Under the pieces are notes generated by a model, which saw nothing but the letters and a program-made list of their open reading frames with translations, searched no databases and was not told where the DNA came from. 248,000 nucleotides of DNA from Hyalangium minutum (GTDB lineage Bacteria; Myxococcota; Myxococcia; Myxococcales; Myxococcaceae). The stretch spans positions 20,001-268,000 of the forward strand of contig NZ_JMCB01000006.1 in assembly GCF_000737315.1 (NCBI RefSeq), read 5' to 3'. Made by a program: the position numbers and the translations under genes. Shown here piece after piece: positions 139,795 through 152,400 of the stretch. Positions within the stretch are counted from its first letter, which is position 1. Each line of letters opens with the position of its first letter.

Positions 139795-141441
139795 CTAGCT
139801 TCCTGCGCGAATGATTTCAGCAATGGACCGCTCCGCCAACGCGGTGATGGTCAGCGACGGATTGACCGTCCCCGTGCTCCCGGGAATCGCTGCGCCATCG
139901 ACGACATAGAGCCGGTCGTAGCCTTTGACACGGCCGTAGGCGTCGGTCGATCGCCCGAGCACCGACCCACCGAGCGGGTGCGCCGTGAAGGTGGCGTTGA
140001 CATCCGTTGCGAGCACCGGAATGCCCACCTGTGTGCCGCTGGCGGCGGCGATGCGGTTGTTGACGGCTCTCAGCGCGGCCACGGCGGCGTCGTTGCCATG
140101 GCTCGGCCAGTCGAGCACCACCTTCTTGCGGGTGCTGTCGTACCGGAAGCTCGCGCGCTGGGAGTCCAGCGCCATGCCGAGCGTGCCAATCAATCCTGGG
140201 TTGAGCGGCAGGTTGGGGACGTACCAGTTCTCCATCGTCACCGGCATCCCGCGCTCATCGAGGATGCGCGAGGCGCACGGTGAGCCCTGGTTGAAGCCCT
140301 CGAGGCCGGAGAACACGCGCGCCACGGCCGCATCCCCGTTCGTGCCCCAGCCCGTGCCAATGGTCTCATCGAGGTGGGGCAGTGCGCCCGTGTCGCGGGC
140401 CGCGACGAGCAGCTCGCTGGTGCCGATAGAGCCCGCTCCCAGGAAGAGGCGGTCGGCCGTCAGGGTGCGCTGGCGAAGGACCGTGCCGTTCGGAGCGATG
140501 ACGTTGACCTGCACCCAGTAGCGGCCATCTGCCTCGCGGCCAATGGCCGTGACCTGGTGCCCGGGGTGGATGGTCACCCTGCCGGTGGCCTCGGCCTGGG
140601 GGAGGTAGTTCTGCCCCAAGTCATACTTGGCCCCGTTCGCGTTCCCGAAGGTGCTCTCCCCGAGGATGGCGGAGGCGCGCGACGTGCCCGCCAGCTCGCG
140701 CCGCACGATGTCCCAGCGGAAGATGGAGTCGATGCGCTGCGGGGTGTATCCCGCCTGCATGACGTGGGTATCCCAGACGCGGGAGTGACCAAAGGGCGCG
140801 CTCTGGTACACGTCCGCCGGCATGGGCGAGACCGCAAGCATCTGCCGGGCGAGCGGGTAGTAGACCCGGTCCATCTCCTCGTAGCTCACGACGCCCTGGA
140901 ACACGTGGTCGAAGAAGCGCCGCTCGGGCTGCACCATCGCCCCGGTGAAGACGACCGAGCCCCCGCCGACAGCCGCTCCTCGCCACACCTTGATGTGCTC
141001 ATAGTCGGTGACGTCGAGCACGCCGCCAAAGGAGTCGACCGGCCGGACGATGCCGTCGAACCCCGGGAAGCTCGTCCTGAACCAGACGGACCGGCCGTCG
141101 ATCAGGGACTCGGAGGAGAAGATCTGGCGCCACAGATCACGCGGCCAGCGCGAGCCGCGCTCGAGCATCGTCACCTGCACGCCCGCCTGTCCGAGCCGCA
141201 GCGCGGACACGGCCGCACCGAAGCCCGTGCCAATCACGAGCGCCTGGGAGTGCGAGGGAGCCGTGGGCAACGCCCGGAAGATCTCCGGCACCTCGAGCCG
141301 GTACACGAGCTCGTTGAGCGAGCCCACGGGAGGCGCTGTCTCGGCCGCCCGCGCCGCACTGGGTCCCAAGAGGGCGGAGCCTGTGCCCGTCATGGCTCCC
141401 AGGGTCCCGAGTTTGAGCAAGCTGCGTCGAGAGAGCTTCAT
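139795..141441 (-). CDS. Tat-exported cholesterol oxidase-like GMC oxidoreductase
   Basis: SRRSLL Tat; GTGFGAAV; GGGSVVF; HPLGG; NPSLTI. Confidence 0.85.
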   Translation of the reverse strand: MKLSRRSLLKLGTLGAMTGTGSALLGPSAARAAETAPPVGSLNELVYRLEVPEIFRALPTAPSHSQALVIGTGFGAAVSALRLGQAGVQVTMLERGSRWPRDLWRQIFSSESLIDGRSVWFRTSFPGFDGIVRPVDSFGGVLDVTDYEHIKVWRGAAVGGGSVVFTGAMVQPERRFFDHVFQGVVSYEEMDRVYYPLARQMLAVSPMPADVYQSAPFGHSRVWDTHVMQAGYTPQRIDSIFRWDIVRRELAGTSRASAILGESTFGNANGAKYDLGQNYLPQAEATGRVTIHPGHQVTAIGREADGRYWVQVNVIAPNGTVLRQRTLTADRLFLGAGSIGTSELLVAARDTGALPHLDETIGTGWGTNGDAAVARVFSGLEGFNQGSPCASRILDERGMPVTMENWYVPNLPLNPGLIGTLGMALDSQRASFRYDSTRKKVVLDWPSHGNDAAVAALRAVNNRIAAASGTQVGIPVLATDVNATFTAHPLGGSVLGRSTDAYGRVKGYDRLYVVDGAAIPGSTGTVNPSLTITALAERSIAEIIRAGS

Positions 141442-141567
141442 CCCGTCTCCTTATAAGGACCTGACGCGGAGCTCCCGTTACCAGCTCAGCGGGGTCTTCC
141501 GGGTATATTGAAGTGAGCCCCTACCCTTGGATCGCTAGGGGTTGTCCCCAATCCACGAGGAGGTGCC

Positions 141568-142956
141568 ATGAAGCTCCTGCAAGGAATCGCTCTCGTCATC
141601 CTGGGGGCCAGCTGCGCCCACACCCCAGAGAAAGCCTCACCCGCCGAGTCCTCACCGGCAGACCGAGCCCAGGCACTGTCCTCCCAGGCCGACAAGGCCT
141701 ACAGCGCCCAGGACTTCTCCGGCTGCGCCGAGCTGTTCCGCCAGGCTGCCGAGGCCAGCACCGAGGATGACCCGCGCGCCACCGCCTTCTACAGCGCCGC
141801 AGGCTGCTCGGCCCTGGCGGGCAACCCCACCCAAGCGCTCGAGCTCCTGAGGCGCTCGGTCCAGAGCGGCTACTTCGATCCAGACACCCTGCAGCATGAC
141901 CCGGAGCTGGTCTCGGTCCACGCGCTCCCCGGCTGGCAGGAGGTCGTCGCCGGAGCCCAGGCCAATCTGGCGAAGGCCCCGAGCCCACCGCTCCCTGTCG
142001 CCAAGCTCGCGGGCATCGACGTCTACGGCTCGCGCCGCGCCAGCACGGAGGCCGTCCGCCAGATGCTCGGCTTCGAGCTGGGCCAGCTCATCGTCCCCAG
142101 CAAGGCCCTGTTCAAGCAGAAGGAGGAGGCCCTCCAGAAGCAGTTCAACCTCGCCTTCGCCAAGATCGCCTTCATCTACTTCTTCGGGGGCGATGACAAA
142201 GGCAGCGCCTTCATCACCGCGGACCTCGTGGATGCCGAGGACGCGCAGCGGCTGCGCTTCCTCCCCGAGCCCACGGGCCATGTCCCGGATCCCGAGAGCC
142301 TCGTCGCCGAGTGGCAGGCCTATGACTTCCAGACTGAGCGGCTCATGAAGACGGGCCAGCTCGATCCGGAGAAGGGCTTCACCTGCCGCGTCGCCCACTG
142401 CACCTTCGGCTTCGCGCACCCCACACTCGAGCGCTTCGAGCCACTCTTCCTGGAGAAGGTCCCTCGCCACCAGGACGCGATCACGAAGGTGCTGCGTGAG
142501 GACGCCGATGCCGCGAAGCGCGAGGCCGCCGCCTACCTGCTGGCCTACGCCGCCTCGCCCGAGCAGACCGTCGCCCGGCTCGTGCCCTCCATCCGAGATC
142601 CCTCCGGCTCCGTGCGCAACGGCGTGCTCCGCGTGCTGATTGCCACCCAGGAGGCCGCGGACCATCCGCTCGTGGACGCTGCGGTGGTGGCCGACGCCGC
142701 CTCCATGCCGGAGACCACCGACCGCAACAAGGCCCTCTTCCTGCTCAAGATGCTGCTGGATGACCTGAAGCCCGACGCGCTCAAGGCCCAGCGCGGCCCA
142801 CTCCTCAAGCAGCTCGGCCCGCAGCTGGTGACCCTGGCCGCCATGCAGCAACCCATCAACCGGGAGCCCGCCATCGAGGTCCTCCAGGCGCTCTCCGGAG
142901 AGAGCTTCGAGACCGCCGATCAGTGGAAGGCCTGGCTCGCGCGCCAACCCCAGTGA
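141568..142956 (+). CDS. TPR/HEAT-repeat lipoprotein
   Basis: Lipobox GASC; TPR Y..A....L.G....A; HEAT-like C-terminus. Confidence 0.65.
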   Translation: MKLLQGIALVILGASCAHTPEKASPAESSPADRAQALSSQADKAYSAQDFSGCAELFRQAAEASTEDDPRATAFYSAAGCSALAGNPTQALELLRRSVQSGYFDPDTLQHDPELVSVHALPGWQEVVAGAQANLAKAPSPPLPVAKLAGIDVYGSRRASTEAVRQMLGFELGQLIVPSKALFKQKEEALQKQFNLAFAKIAFIYFFGGDDKGSAFITADLVDAEDAQRLRFLPEPTGHVPDPESLVAEWQAYDFQTERLMKTGQLDPEKGFTCRVAHCTFGFAHPTLERFEPLFLEKVPRHQDAITKVLREDADAAKREAAAYLLAYAASPEQTVARLVPSIRDPSGSVRNGVLRVLIATQEAADHPLVDAAVVADAASMPETTDRNKALFLLKMLLDDLKPDALKAQRGPLLKQLGPQLVTLAAMQQPINREPAIEVLQALSGESFETADQWKAWLARQPQ

Positions 142957-142972
142957 AGCGAGGCCCTCCCCC

Positions 142973-144229
142973 ATGACTGCTCCCTCCGTTTCCCTCGGCC
143001 TCGACTACAAGCCGCTCGAGCCGCCCCTGCTGGATGAGCCGTTCCCCTTCTACGCCCGCCTCCGCCAAGAGGCCCCCGTCACCTTCGCGCCCCACTTCCA
143101 CCTCTGGCTCGTCAGCCGCTACGCGGACGTGATGACGGTCCTGAAGGATCCCCGGCGCTTCAGCTCGCGCGACATCCTTCGCCCGCCTGTGGATCTCCCC
143201 GCCGACCTGCTCCAGTTGCTCGAGGCCTCCGGCTACACGCCCGACTACCCCCTGCTCGGTGACGATCCGCCCGCCCATACCCGCATCCGCGGCCTGGTCG
143301 GCAAGGCCTTCAACATGGCCAGCGTCAACGCCCTGGAAGCCCGCATCCGAACCGCCGCGCGCACCCACGTCGATGCCCTGCTCCGCGGCGCCACCCGCGC
143401 GGACCTCGTCTCGGGGCTCGCCTGGTCCTTGCCCATGGACGTCATCACCGAGCTGCTCGGCGTCCCTCGCGAGGACGGAGCGCGGATCCGCCAGTGGATC
143501 GAGGATGAGAAGCTCTTCTTCGTCCCCCACCTCCCGCCCGACGGCCTGCGCCGCGCCGTCGAGGGCGTAGCCGCCTTCCGCCGCTACCTTCGTGCCATGG
143601 TCGAGGACCGCCAGCAGCACCCGCGCGAGGACTTCCTCTCCACCCTCATCGCCGCCCGGCTCGAGGGCGAGCGCCCGCTGAGCACCCTGGAGCTCTCCAA
143701 CCTGCTCAACGTGCTCGTGTTCGCTGGCAACGAGACGTCCACCAACCTGATCAGCACCGCACTGCTCTGCCTGCTGCGCCACCCCGGCCTGTGGCAGGAG
143801 CTGCGCGCCAACCCCGCCGCCGTTCCCAACACCCTCGAGGAGGTGCTGCGCTTCGACTCGCCGGTGGTGGGGATGATGCGCACGGTCACCGAGCCCACAC
143901 AGCTCGGCGGCGTGGAGCTCCCAGCCGGGGCGCGGCTGCTGCTCCTGTTCGCCTCGGCCAACCGGGACGAGTCCGTCTTCGAGCAAGCCGCGCGCTTCGA
144001 CATCCGCCGCGCCAACGCGAACCGCCACCTCGGCTTCGGCCACGGCACCCACTACTGCGTGGGCGCGCCGCTCGCCCGGCTCGAGGCCCGCGTCGTCCTG
144101 GAGCTCCTCATCGAGCGGCTCCCGAACCCGCGCCTGGTGGCTGGAGAGTCCGTCCCCTACCTCCCCAACCTCATCCACCGAGGCCCCCAGCGCCTCATGG
144201 TCGAGTGGGACACAGCTCCCACAGCGTGA
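142973..144229 (+). CDS. Cytochrome P450
   Basis: AGNETS, EEVLR, FGHGTHYCVG. Confidence 0.93.
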   Translation: MTAPSVSLGLDYKPLEPPLLDEPFPFYARLRQEAPVTFAPHFHLWLVSRYADVMTVLKDPRRFSSRDILRPPVDLPADLLQLLEASGYTPDYPLLGDDPPAHTRIRGLVGKAFNMASVNALEARIRTAARTHVDALLRGATRADLVSGLAWSLPMDVITELLGVPREDGARIRQWIEDEKLFFVPHLPPDGLRRAVEGVAAFRRYLRAMVEDRQQHPREDFLSTLIAARLEGERPLSTLELSNLLNVLVFAGNETSTNLISTALLCLLRHPGLWQELRANPAAVPNTLEEVLRFDSPVVGMMRTVTEPTQLGGVELPAGARLLLLFASANRDESVFEQAARFDIRRANANRHLGFGHGTHYCVGAPLARLEARVVLELLIERLPNPRLVAGESVPYLPNLIHRGPQRLMVEWDTAPTA

Positions 144230-144265
144230 GTGAGCCCGTGGGGACGCCCGTGCTAGAAAACGGAC

Positions 144266-145396
144266 GTGCCCACGCTCCCCAACCCCAAATGGTTCGAAGC
144301 GCTGAAGAAGGATCCCAAAGCCGCTGAGGCCGGGATCCACTGGTTCACCCCCGAAGAAGCCGAGGCCAAGCGCGCCGAGGTCGCCAGCTGGTACGTGCAG
144401 GGTGACGCGCGCGTGCGCCACCACCTCCCGGACGCCGCGCTCGCCGCCGCCAAGGAGCAGTTCGCCCAGTTCGTCCCCGTGGGCGAGGGCCCCACCGCCT
144501 CGGATCGCGAGGGCAACAAGATTCGCAGCTGGCTCCTGCTCGCCAAGCAGTCTCCGGAGGAGCTGAAGGTGGCGCTCTCTCCCGTGCACCCGCCCTTCCT
144601 GTGGCTCGGGGCCGGGCAGACGCTCGCCTCACTCAAGGAAACAGTGGCGCCCTACTTCCCGGCCCATATTCCGTCCGAGGACAAGCTGGAGCACACCGTG
144701 CGCGGCTTCATCGGCACGAGCGCGGTGAACCACATCGATCTCATCCAGCTCCACGACCGCTACCAGGCCTCGGACTTCCTCGACGGGCTCACCTGGGGCA
144801 GCGCGTACAAGAAGGATCCCTTCCTCGAGATGCTGCCCAAGGGCCACTACGGCCAGGAGATGATCCAGCGCTACCGCGCTCAGGCTCCCGAGGGCATTCC
144901 CACCTTCAGCTTCCGCTCGCTGTTCACCAAGTCCATCCTCCGCGCCGAGGCCCACGCCAACGTCGCGGAGGGCGTGAACATCTTCGTCGTCCAGGTGCGC
145001 TACCACCCCGCCAAGCAGCAGGCGCTCATCCGCGACCTGAACCAGCAGCTCGGAATGCGGCTCCCCGAGGACCTCCCCGTGGACCTTGCCGGCGCCTTCA
145101 TCGGGCTCCCGTTTGATCCACCCGAGGTCATCCGCGCCGCGCTGCCCAAGCAGACAGACCTGGCGAAGATCTCCTTCGGCCTGCTCTGCCTGGACTGCCT
145201 CGCCCGGGACTTCACGGAGGCCGAGAAGGACCTGCGCGAGTACTCCACCCATGCCGAGGGCGCCGTGCGGCAGCTCGTCGCCAACCTCGCGCTCCGCCGC
145301 GGACTCAAGTCGCTGCTCACGGAGATGGCCAGCCGTGAGCAGCATCCCGAGTTCAAGAAACAGCTCACCGAGGTCTCTCAGCGCCTCCCCTCCTGA
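144266..145396 (+). CDS. Hypothetical protein
   Basis: Long ORF with strong coding codon bias; no motif recognised. Confidence 0.65.
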   Translation: MPTLPNPKWFEALKKDPKAAEAGIHWFTPEEAEAKRAEVASWYVQGDARVRHHLPDAALAAAKEQFAQFVPVGEGPTASDREGNKIRSWLLLAKQSPEELKVALSPVHPPFLWLGAGQTLASLKETVAPYFPAHIPSEDKLEHTVRGFIGTSAVNHIDLIQLHDRYQASDFLDGLTWGSAYKKDPFLEMLPKGHYGQEMIQRYRAQAPEGIPTFSFRSLFTKSILRAEAHANVAEGVNIFVVQVRYHPAKQQALIRDLNQQLGMRLPEDLPVDLAGAFIGLPFDPPEVIRAALPKQTDLAKISFGLLCLDCLARDFTEAEKDLREYSTHAEGAVRQLVANLALRRGLKSLLTEMASREQHPEFKKQLTEVSQRLPS

Positions 145397-145407
145397 GACC
145401 TCTGCCC

Positions 145408-147651
145408 TCAGTGCCCTCCCAGCACCTTGTCGAGGGTGACGGGCAGGCTCCGGACGCGCTTGCCCGTCGCGTGGAAGATGGCGTTGGAGATCGCCGCTGC
145501 CACTCCGACGATGCCAATCTCCCCCAAGCCCTTGGCGCCCAGCGGGTTGACGACGGTGTCGTCCTCGTCAACGAAGAGGACCTCGATGTCCCGCACATCG
145601 GCGTTCACGGGCACGTGGTACTCGCCGAGGTTGTGGTTGATGAACCGGCCGAGTGCCGTGTCGACGACGGACTCCTCCTCCAGGGCCATACCGATGCCCC
145701 AGACGACGCCTCCCAGCACCTGACTGCGCGCCGTCTTCGGGTTCATGATGCGCCCGCCCGCCACGGCGGTGACGACGCGGGTCACCTGGATGATGCCCAG
145801 GTCCTCGTCCACCTTCACCTCCGCGAACACCGCCGAGTGCGCGGCCCGGGTGTACTTCTGCTGCTCGGAGAGGTTGGGCAGCGCCATCGTCTGCTCCTCG
145901 ATGCTCAGCACCTCGCCGTGCCGCATCGCCTCGAGCAGGGACACGGCCTTCGTGGGGTCCGCCTTTAGCCTGATTTGCCCACCCGCGAAGAACACCTCCT
146001 CCAGCTCCGACTTGGCGAGCGGTGAGCCGCGCACCTTCCGGGCCAGTTTGAACAACTGCTCGCGCACCTTCTCGCAGACCTCCTTCACCGCTGTGCCCAC
146101 GGAGGCCACCGTCCACGAGCCTCCCTCCAGCGGCGCGGGCGGCAGCGAGGAGTCGCCGAGCTTGAACGTCACGTCTTCCATCGGCAGCCCCAGCGTCTCC
146201 GCCGCGATCTGGGTCATCACCGTATAGGTGCCGGTGCCAATGTCCGAGGTGGCGCTGGACACGGTGAGCTTGCCGTCGATGCTCAGCAGGGCCTTGGCGC
146301 TGGCCGGCTGCTGCATCGCCTCCCAGACACCGGTGGCCATGCCCCAGCCGATGAGCTGCTTCCCGTCACGCATCGAGCGGGGCGTCGCCACCCGCCTGCC
146401 CCACCCGAAGCGCTCGGCGCCCTGGTGGTAGCAGGCCCGCAGCTCCTTGCTCGAGAACGGCTTGTCCGCGTTCTGGTCGCGCTCCGCGTAGTTCTTGAGG
146501 CGCAGCGCGAGCGGATCCACTCCCGCCGCATAGGCCAGCTCATCCATCGCGCACTCCAGCGCGTAGACGCCCCAGGCCGCTCCCGGCGCACGCATGTCGA
146601 GCGGCGTGTAGTGGTCCAGCGAGGCCACCTTGTAATCGAGCCGCACGTTGTCGCACTGGTAGAGCAGGCCGGACCAGTTGACGATGATCTCCGCGTAGTC
146701 CTCGAAGCGCGAGGTCTCCGAGATGGCCTCGTGGATGAGGGCCTGGAGCGTGCCGTCCGCCGACGCGCCGAGCGCCAGCCGCTGCAGCGTCGCGGGGCGG
146801 TGGCCGAACGTGAACATCTGCTGGCGCGTCATCACCACCCGCACCGAGCGCTTCAGCTCCCGCGACGCCATGACCGCGAGGAACAGCTGATACTGCGGCC
146901 GCAGCGCCGAGCCGAACGCTCCCCCCACGAAGGGTGAGCGCACGCGCGCCTCGCCCTCGGCCAGGTTGAACACCTTCGAGAGGTACTTCAGGCTGTTCTG
147001 CACGCCCTGCGTCTTGTCGTAGATGGTGAGCGTGCCGTCGTCCTCGTAGACCACCGTGGCCGCGTGCATCTCCATCGGGTTGTGGTGCTCGACCGGCGTC
147101 TCGTACTCCACGTCGATCCGCACCTCGGACTGGGCCAGTGCCTTGTCCGCATGGCCTCGGGGCTTCGGCGGAGGCTCGAAGCCGCCCTTGCCCATCTTCG
147201 GCGCTCGGGCCTTGCCGCGCTGCGCCCGTAGATCCGTCTCGTGCTTCTTGACTGAGTACTCGGCCCGGATGAGCGAGGCCGCGTAGCGGGCAGCCTCGAA
147301 CGTCTCCGCGACCACCAGCGCGATGGGCTGCCCGCTGTAGAGGATCTCGTCATCGTAGAGCGGCCGGAACGGTGAGCCCGCGGGCGAGTCCTCGTCCCGG
147401 TAGCTCTTATCGAACCATGGGAGCTTCGGCCGGTTCTCGTGCGTGAAGACGTGCAGCACCCCGGGCACCTGGAGCGCTTCCCTCGTCTCCAGCTTCTTGA
147501 TGCGGCCTCGGGCCACCGTGCTCGACACGACGACACCATAAGTAAGGCCGGGAGCTTGGAACTCTCCGGCGTACTTCGCCTGCCCCGTCACCTTCAGCGG
147601 TCCATCGACGCGGCTGACCGGCTTCCCCAGCAAGGGAGTGTGAGTGGTCAT
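145408..147651 (-). CDS. Xanthine dehydrogenase family molybdopterin-binding subunit (PaoC/YagR-like)
   Basis: [29 protein letters not shown]. Confidence 0.9.
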   Translation of the reverse strand: MTTHTPLLGKPVSRVDGPLKVTGQAKYAGEFQAPGLTYGVVVSSTVARGRIKKLETREALQVPGVLHVFTHENRPKLPWFDKSYRDEDSPAGSPFRPLYDDEILYSGQPIALVVAETFEAARYAASLIRAEYSVKKHETDLRAQRGKARAPKMGKGGFEPPPKPRGHADKALAQSEVRIDVEYETPVEHHNPMEMHAATVVYEDDGTLTIYDKTQGVQNSLKYLSKVFNLAEGEARVRSPFVGGAFGSALRPQYQLFLAVMASRELKRSVRVVMTRQQMFTFGHRPATLQRLALGASADGTLQALIHEAISETSRFEDYAEIIVNWSGLLYQCDNVRLDYKVASLDHYTPLDMRAPGAAWGVYALECAMDELAYAAGVDPLALRLKNYAERDQNADKPFSSKELRACYHQGAERFGWGRRVATPRSMRDGKQLIGWGMATGVWEAMQQPASAKALLSIDGKLTVSSATSDIGTGTYTVMTQIAAETLGLPMEDVTFKLGDSSLPPAPLEGGSWTVASVGTAVKEVCEKVREQLFKLARKVRGSPLAKSELEEVFFAGGQIRLKADPTKAVSLLEAMRHGEVLSIEEQTMALPNLSEQQKYTRAAHSAVFAEVKVDEDLGIIQVTRVVTAVAGGRIMNPKTARSQVLGGVVWGIGMALEEESVVDTALGRFINHNLGEYHVPVNADVRDIEVLFVDEDDTVVNPLGAKGLGEIGIVGVAAAISNAIFHATGKRVRSLPVTLDKVLGGH

Positions 147652-148643
147652 TGCTGCACCTCCGTTCCCGCCGCCTGCTCCAGCGCGCGGACCACCGCCC
147701 GCCGGGCCAGCTCAATCTTGAAGGTGTTGTGGCCATACCCCTTGGCGTCGCGAAGGATCGCGTCCGCCACGGACCGGAAGCTCTCCCCGGTGGCGCGCTG
147801 GCCGCTCAGCATCGCCTCGGCCTTCGTGTCTCGCCACGGCTTGTGCGCCACGCCTCCGAGCGCGATCCGCGCCTCCCGGATGACGCCTTCGTCCAGCTCC
147901 AGCCCCACCGCCACGGACACGAGCGCGAACGCGTACGACTGGCGGTCGCGGATCTTCAGATAGCTGAAGTTCCTCGCGAACCCCTTTGCGGGCAGGTCCA
148001 CCGAGGTGATCAGCTCGTCCGGCCGCAGGTTCGTGTCCAGGTGAGGCGTGTCCCCGGGCAGCCGGTGGAACTCGGCGATCGGGATGGTGCGCTCGCCGTC
148101 AGGTCCTTTGACTTGGATGGACGCTTCGAGCGCCGCGAGCGCCACGCACATGTCCGACGGGTGGGTGGCAATGCACTTCTCGCTCGTCCCAAGGATGGCG
148201 TGGATGCGGTTGATGCCCGCGAGCGCTCCACACCCCGAGCCGGGCTCGCGCTTATTGCAGGGCGTGCCCGTGTCATAGAAGTAGTAGCACCGCGTGCGCT
148301 GGAGCAGGTTGCCACCCGTGGTCGCCATGTTGCGCAGCTGCGCCGAGGCTCCCGCCAGGATGGCCTTCGACAGCAGCGGGTAGCGCTGCTCTACTCGCGC
148401 GTCGTACGCCACCGCCGAGTTCGTCACCAGCGCGCCAATCCTCAGCCCGCCGTCCGCCTGCTCCTCGATGGTGTTGAGAGGCAGCCGGTTGACGTCGATC
148501 AGGTGGCTCGGGCGCGACACGTTCTCCTTCATCAAGTCGAGGAGGTTCGTGCCACCCGCGATGAACCGCGCCCGCTCGTTCCGGGCAATCGCGCTCACGG
148601 CGCCCGCGACGCTGCCGGCCCGCTCGAAGGAGAACCGGTTCAT
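147648..148643 (-). CDS. Xanthine dehydrogenase family FAD-binding subunit (PaoB/YagS-like)
   Basis: [26 protein letters not shown]. Confidence 0.9.
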   Translation of the reverse strand: MNRFSFERAGSVAGAVSAIARNERARFIAGGTNLLDLMKENVSRPSHLIDVNRLPLNTIEEQADGGLRIGALVTNSAVAYDARVEQRYPLLSKAILAGASAQLRNMATTGGNLLQRTRCYYFYDTGTPCNKREPGSGCGALAGINRIHAILGTSEKCIATHPSDMCVALAALEASIQVKGPDGERTIPIAEFHRLPGDTPHLDTNLRPDELITSVDLPAKGFARNFSYLKIRDRQSYAFALVSVAVGLELDEGVIREARIALGGVAHKPWRDTKAEAMLSGQRATGESFRSVADAILRDAKGYGHNTFKIELARRAVVRALEQAAGTEVQQ

Positions 148644-149176
148644 GGCTTCTCCTCCTTCTCGCACTCCTGCTTCGCCTGCTCGATGGCCGCGACGATGTTG
148701 GGATACGCGCCGCACCGGCAGAGGTTGCCGCTCATCAGCTCGCGGATGTCGTCTCTCGTCTGGGCCTTGCCCTCCTTGATGAGCCCCAGCGCGGAGCAGA
148801 TCTGCCCCGGAGTGCAGTAACCACACTGGAACGCGTCGTGCTCGACGAAGGCCGCCTGCAGCGGGTGGAGCGTCTCGCCCGAGGCAATGCCCTCGATGGT
148901 CGACACCTCCGCGCCGTCCTTCATCACCGCCAACGTCAGGCACGAGTTGATCCGCTGGCCATTCACCAGCACGGTGCAGGCGCCGCACTGCCCGTGGTCG
149001 CAGCCCTTCTTCGTGCCCGTCAGCTCCAGGTTCTCCCGCAGCAAGTCGAGCAGCGTCGTCCAAGGCTCGACCTCCAGCTGCTTCTCCGAGCCGTTGACCT
149101 TGAGGGTGATCGAATGCTTCGAGGGCGACTCCGCTGATGACACCCTCGCCGAGGGCTCATGGAAGGAAGGCTTCAC
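148640..149176 (-). CDS. 2Fe-2S subunit (PaoA/YagT-like)
   Basis: [22 protein letters not shown]. Confidence 0.92.
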   Translation of the reverse strand: MKPSFHEPSARVSSAESPSKHSITLKVNGSEKQLEVEPWTTLLDLLRENLELTGTKKGCDHGQCGACTVLVNGQRINSCLTLAVMKDGAEVSTIEGIASGETLHPLQAAFVEHDAFQCGYCTPGQICSALGLIKEGKAQTRDDIRELMSGNLCRCGAYPNIVAAIEQAKQECEKEEKP

Positions 149177-149494
149177 GTGAACACGCTCCTGCTGGAGATG
149201 GATCCGGTCCTAGCGAGGTAAGGACTCGGAGCGCTCGCGTCCTTCCGGGGGAGCCCGCACCCACGGCGGAGGATTGGCTAATGGATACTGGCGCCCTACA
149301 GCTCCCCTCATCGTGTTGAGTCGTCGAAAGCGGCGCTGCGCTTACATAGGTCGACACCCCACGACAAGTGCACCTACGTGGAAACCCGCTCTCTCGGAAA
149401 AACAACCGTGGCCGCGTAAGCTGCACGCAACTGATCCGAGGGCGCGCGGAGAACCATTCCAGCCCCTTTTTTTCCCTATCGAAGGAGAAGTCCC

Positions 149495-152400
149495 ATGGCC
149501 CGCCCCATTGAATCCGGCTCCGCCGACGTCGCCGCCCGCGAGGCTGCACGCCGCGCCGCCGAAGAGGCCGCCCGCCGCGCCGCTGAAGAGGCCGCTCGCC
149601 GCGCCGCTGAAGAGGCCGCCCGCCGCGCCGCCGAGGCCAAGAACAATCAGGTGACGAACAAGGCGACCACGCCCGAGAAGCCGGTCGCCACCCGGGACGA
149701 GTTCGCCGCCACCAGCACCCCCCAGGCCAAGGGCCCGGACCTCGAGGGCGGCAAGCCCACCGAGTCGAAGCTGCCGGAGAAGCCCGAAGACTTGCCCAAG
149801 CTCTTCCCCGAGCTGAAGGACAAGCCCAAGGAGGTGCTGCAGAAGACGTATGACTCGATGAAGAAGCTCACCGAGGGCGACTTCTCCGAGAAGGCCACCG
149901 CGCTAGGCGAGCTGTCCAAGACGTTCCCGGACACCACCAAGAACGTCCTCACCAAGCTGGGCATTCAGGACAACAAGCTGGCGAAGCTGGCCACCAACTC
150001 GGACGCGCTGTCCGCGCTGGGCAAGCTCACCAGCAAGGACTCCTCCACCGCTGACAAGGCCAGCGCCGCGCTCGAGCTGGCCAACGCCGCCGGCGACATC
150101 TTCAAGCCCGAGGACCTCAAGGGCGTGCTCAACCACGCGCTCAACGGCCTGCCCGCGGGCGCCAAGCTCGCCGAGGCCATTGGGGCCTTCACCGACCCCA
150201 ACAAGAGCGCGCTGGACAAGACTAAGGCCTCGCTGGAGCTGGCCTCGGCGCTCAAGGACTTCGCCGGCAAGTCCTTCCCGCAGGTGGAGAACACCCTGCG
150301 CAAGCTGGACGGCACCTTCCGCGCCGCCAACGCCGCCGTGAAGCTGCTGGACCCCGAGGCCTCCGCCAAGGACAAGGCCCTGGCCGCCGCTCAGCTCGCC
150401 GCCGAGCTGCCGGACCTCAAGAAGGACCTCACCGAGTTCAAGAACCTGCTCAAGCAGAACGGCGTGAAGGGCGCGGACGCCGCCGTGGACGAGGGCGCGA
150501 GGCTCGCCGACGCCGTGGTGAAGGGTCTCGACCCGGCCGTGGCCCAGAAGCTCACCCCGGATCAGCTCAAGGGGCTCCAGGACGTGGCCGCCAAGGTCGG
150601 CCCGGAGAACCTCGAGGGCGTGCTCAAGGGCATCCAGGACCCCAAGGCGCTCGAGGCGCTCACGGGCCAACTCGACAAGCTGGATGCTGACTCCGGCAAG
150701 CGGCTGCTCAAGACGCTGGGCGGCATGGAGCACGGCAACCTCGCCAAGGTCCTCACGGATCCGAAGACGGCCGAGCAGCTGGGCACCCTGGCCACCAAGC
150801 TGGACGACGAGGCCGCCGAGCTCGTCGGCAAGCTGGCCAAGGACATGGACGTCGACGGGCTGAAGACGCTGATGAAGTTCACCGACGGCGTCAGCGGCGA
150901 CGTGCTCAAGACGGGCCTCAAGGGCCTCAAGCCCCTGCTGGAGGAGGGCGGCGGCAAGCTGGTGGGCAAGGGCCTCAAGCTGCTGGACGACATGCTCGGC
151001 AAGATGGGCGTGAAGGTCACCGGCGAGGTGGCCGGCAAGGTCTTCAAGAACCTGGCGAAGGCCATCCCGCTCGCGGGCGCCGTGCCGGGCCTCATCGACG
151101 CGGGCAAGTACGCCAAGGAGGCGATGGACCTCCGGGACAAGAACAAGGACCTGGGCTTCTTCGCGCTGGTGGGCGCCAACCTCAACGCCGCGGATGCGGT
151201 GGTGGGCACGGCGCTGGACTTCACCGGCGTGGGCGCCGCAGTGGACCTGGGCGCGGGCGCCGCCTTCGGCGTGGCCGAGCTGGCGCTGGACCTGGCCTTC
151301 GACGCCGAGAAGAAGAAGATGGAGGCGGATCCGCAGAACTACCAGGCGCCGGACTGGATGAAGGCCGTAAACCTGGGCGCCGCCGCCGCCATGGGCCCCG
151401 CGGGCATGACGCAGCTCGCGGCCTACTACGGGCCCGAGGGCGCCGCCGAGCTGACCCAGTGGGGCATCGAGAAGGGTGCCAAGGGCGCGGTGAAGCTCGC
151501 CGAGTTCGCGGGCGTCAGCGCCGCCAACGCCACCGGCGATGGGATGAAGCTCACGGCGGGCTTCATCCACGGGCTCGCGGATGTGATCCGCAACCCCTCC
151601 AAGTACGGCGAGGCCGTCGCCACCAAGGCGCGTGATGCGTTCAACGCCGCCATGGAGAAGGGTGGCGAGATTGCCGCGGAGGCCAAGAAGGTCCTCGGCA
151701 ACGTCATCGACGAGGCGAAGCAGCTCGGCGAGAAGGGGCTCGACACCCTGAAGTTCATCGCCCAGAACCCGGGCGAGGCCGCGAAGATGGCGCTCGACGG
151801 CGTCAAGAGCATGGTCGACAAGGGCATGGAGCTGGCGCAGCAGGGCAAGGAGGCCCTGCTGAAGAAGGCCACCGAGACGCTCGACGCGCTCAAGACGGGC
151901 TGGGAGAACCTCAAGGGTGCCGCCAAGGAGAAGGCAGCGGAGCTCATCAACGGCGCCAAGGAGGGCATCCAGTCCGCGCTGAACAAGGCGAAGGAGCTGG
152001 GCGAGAAGGGCCTCGAGACGCTCAAGTGGGCCGCCACGCACCCGGGTGAAGTGGGCGAGATGGCCAAGAAGGCCTTCACCGACCTGATGGCCAAGGGCGG
152101 TGAGGTGGCCAAGAAGGCCTGGGACGGGCTCAAGAGCCTGGGCGCCAAGGGGCTCGAGGTGGCCGAGGCCGCCGTCAAGGGACTCAAGGACGCGGGCGGC
152201 AAGGCGGTGGAGACACTCAAGTACATCGCCGAGAACCCGGGCGAGGCCGCCGCCAAGGTGCGCGACTGGGCCGGCCAGACGCTCTCGGACATGGCGCGCA
152301 AGGGCGGTGAGATGGCGAAGGAGGCCGCCACCGCCATCAAGGACTTCGTGGACCGGCGCGTGGACTGGGCCAAGCAGTTCGCCACGGACCTGCTCAAGGA

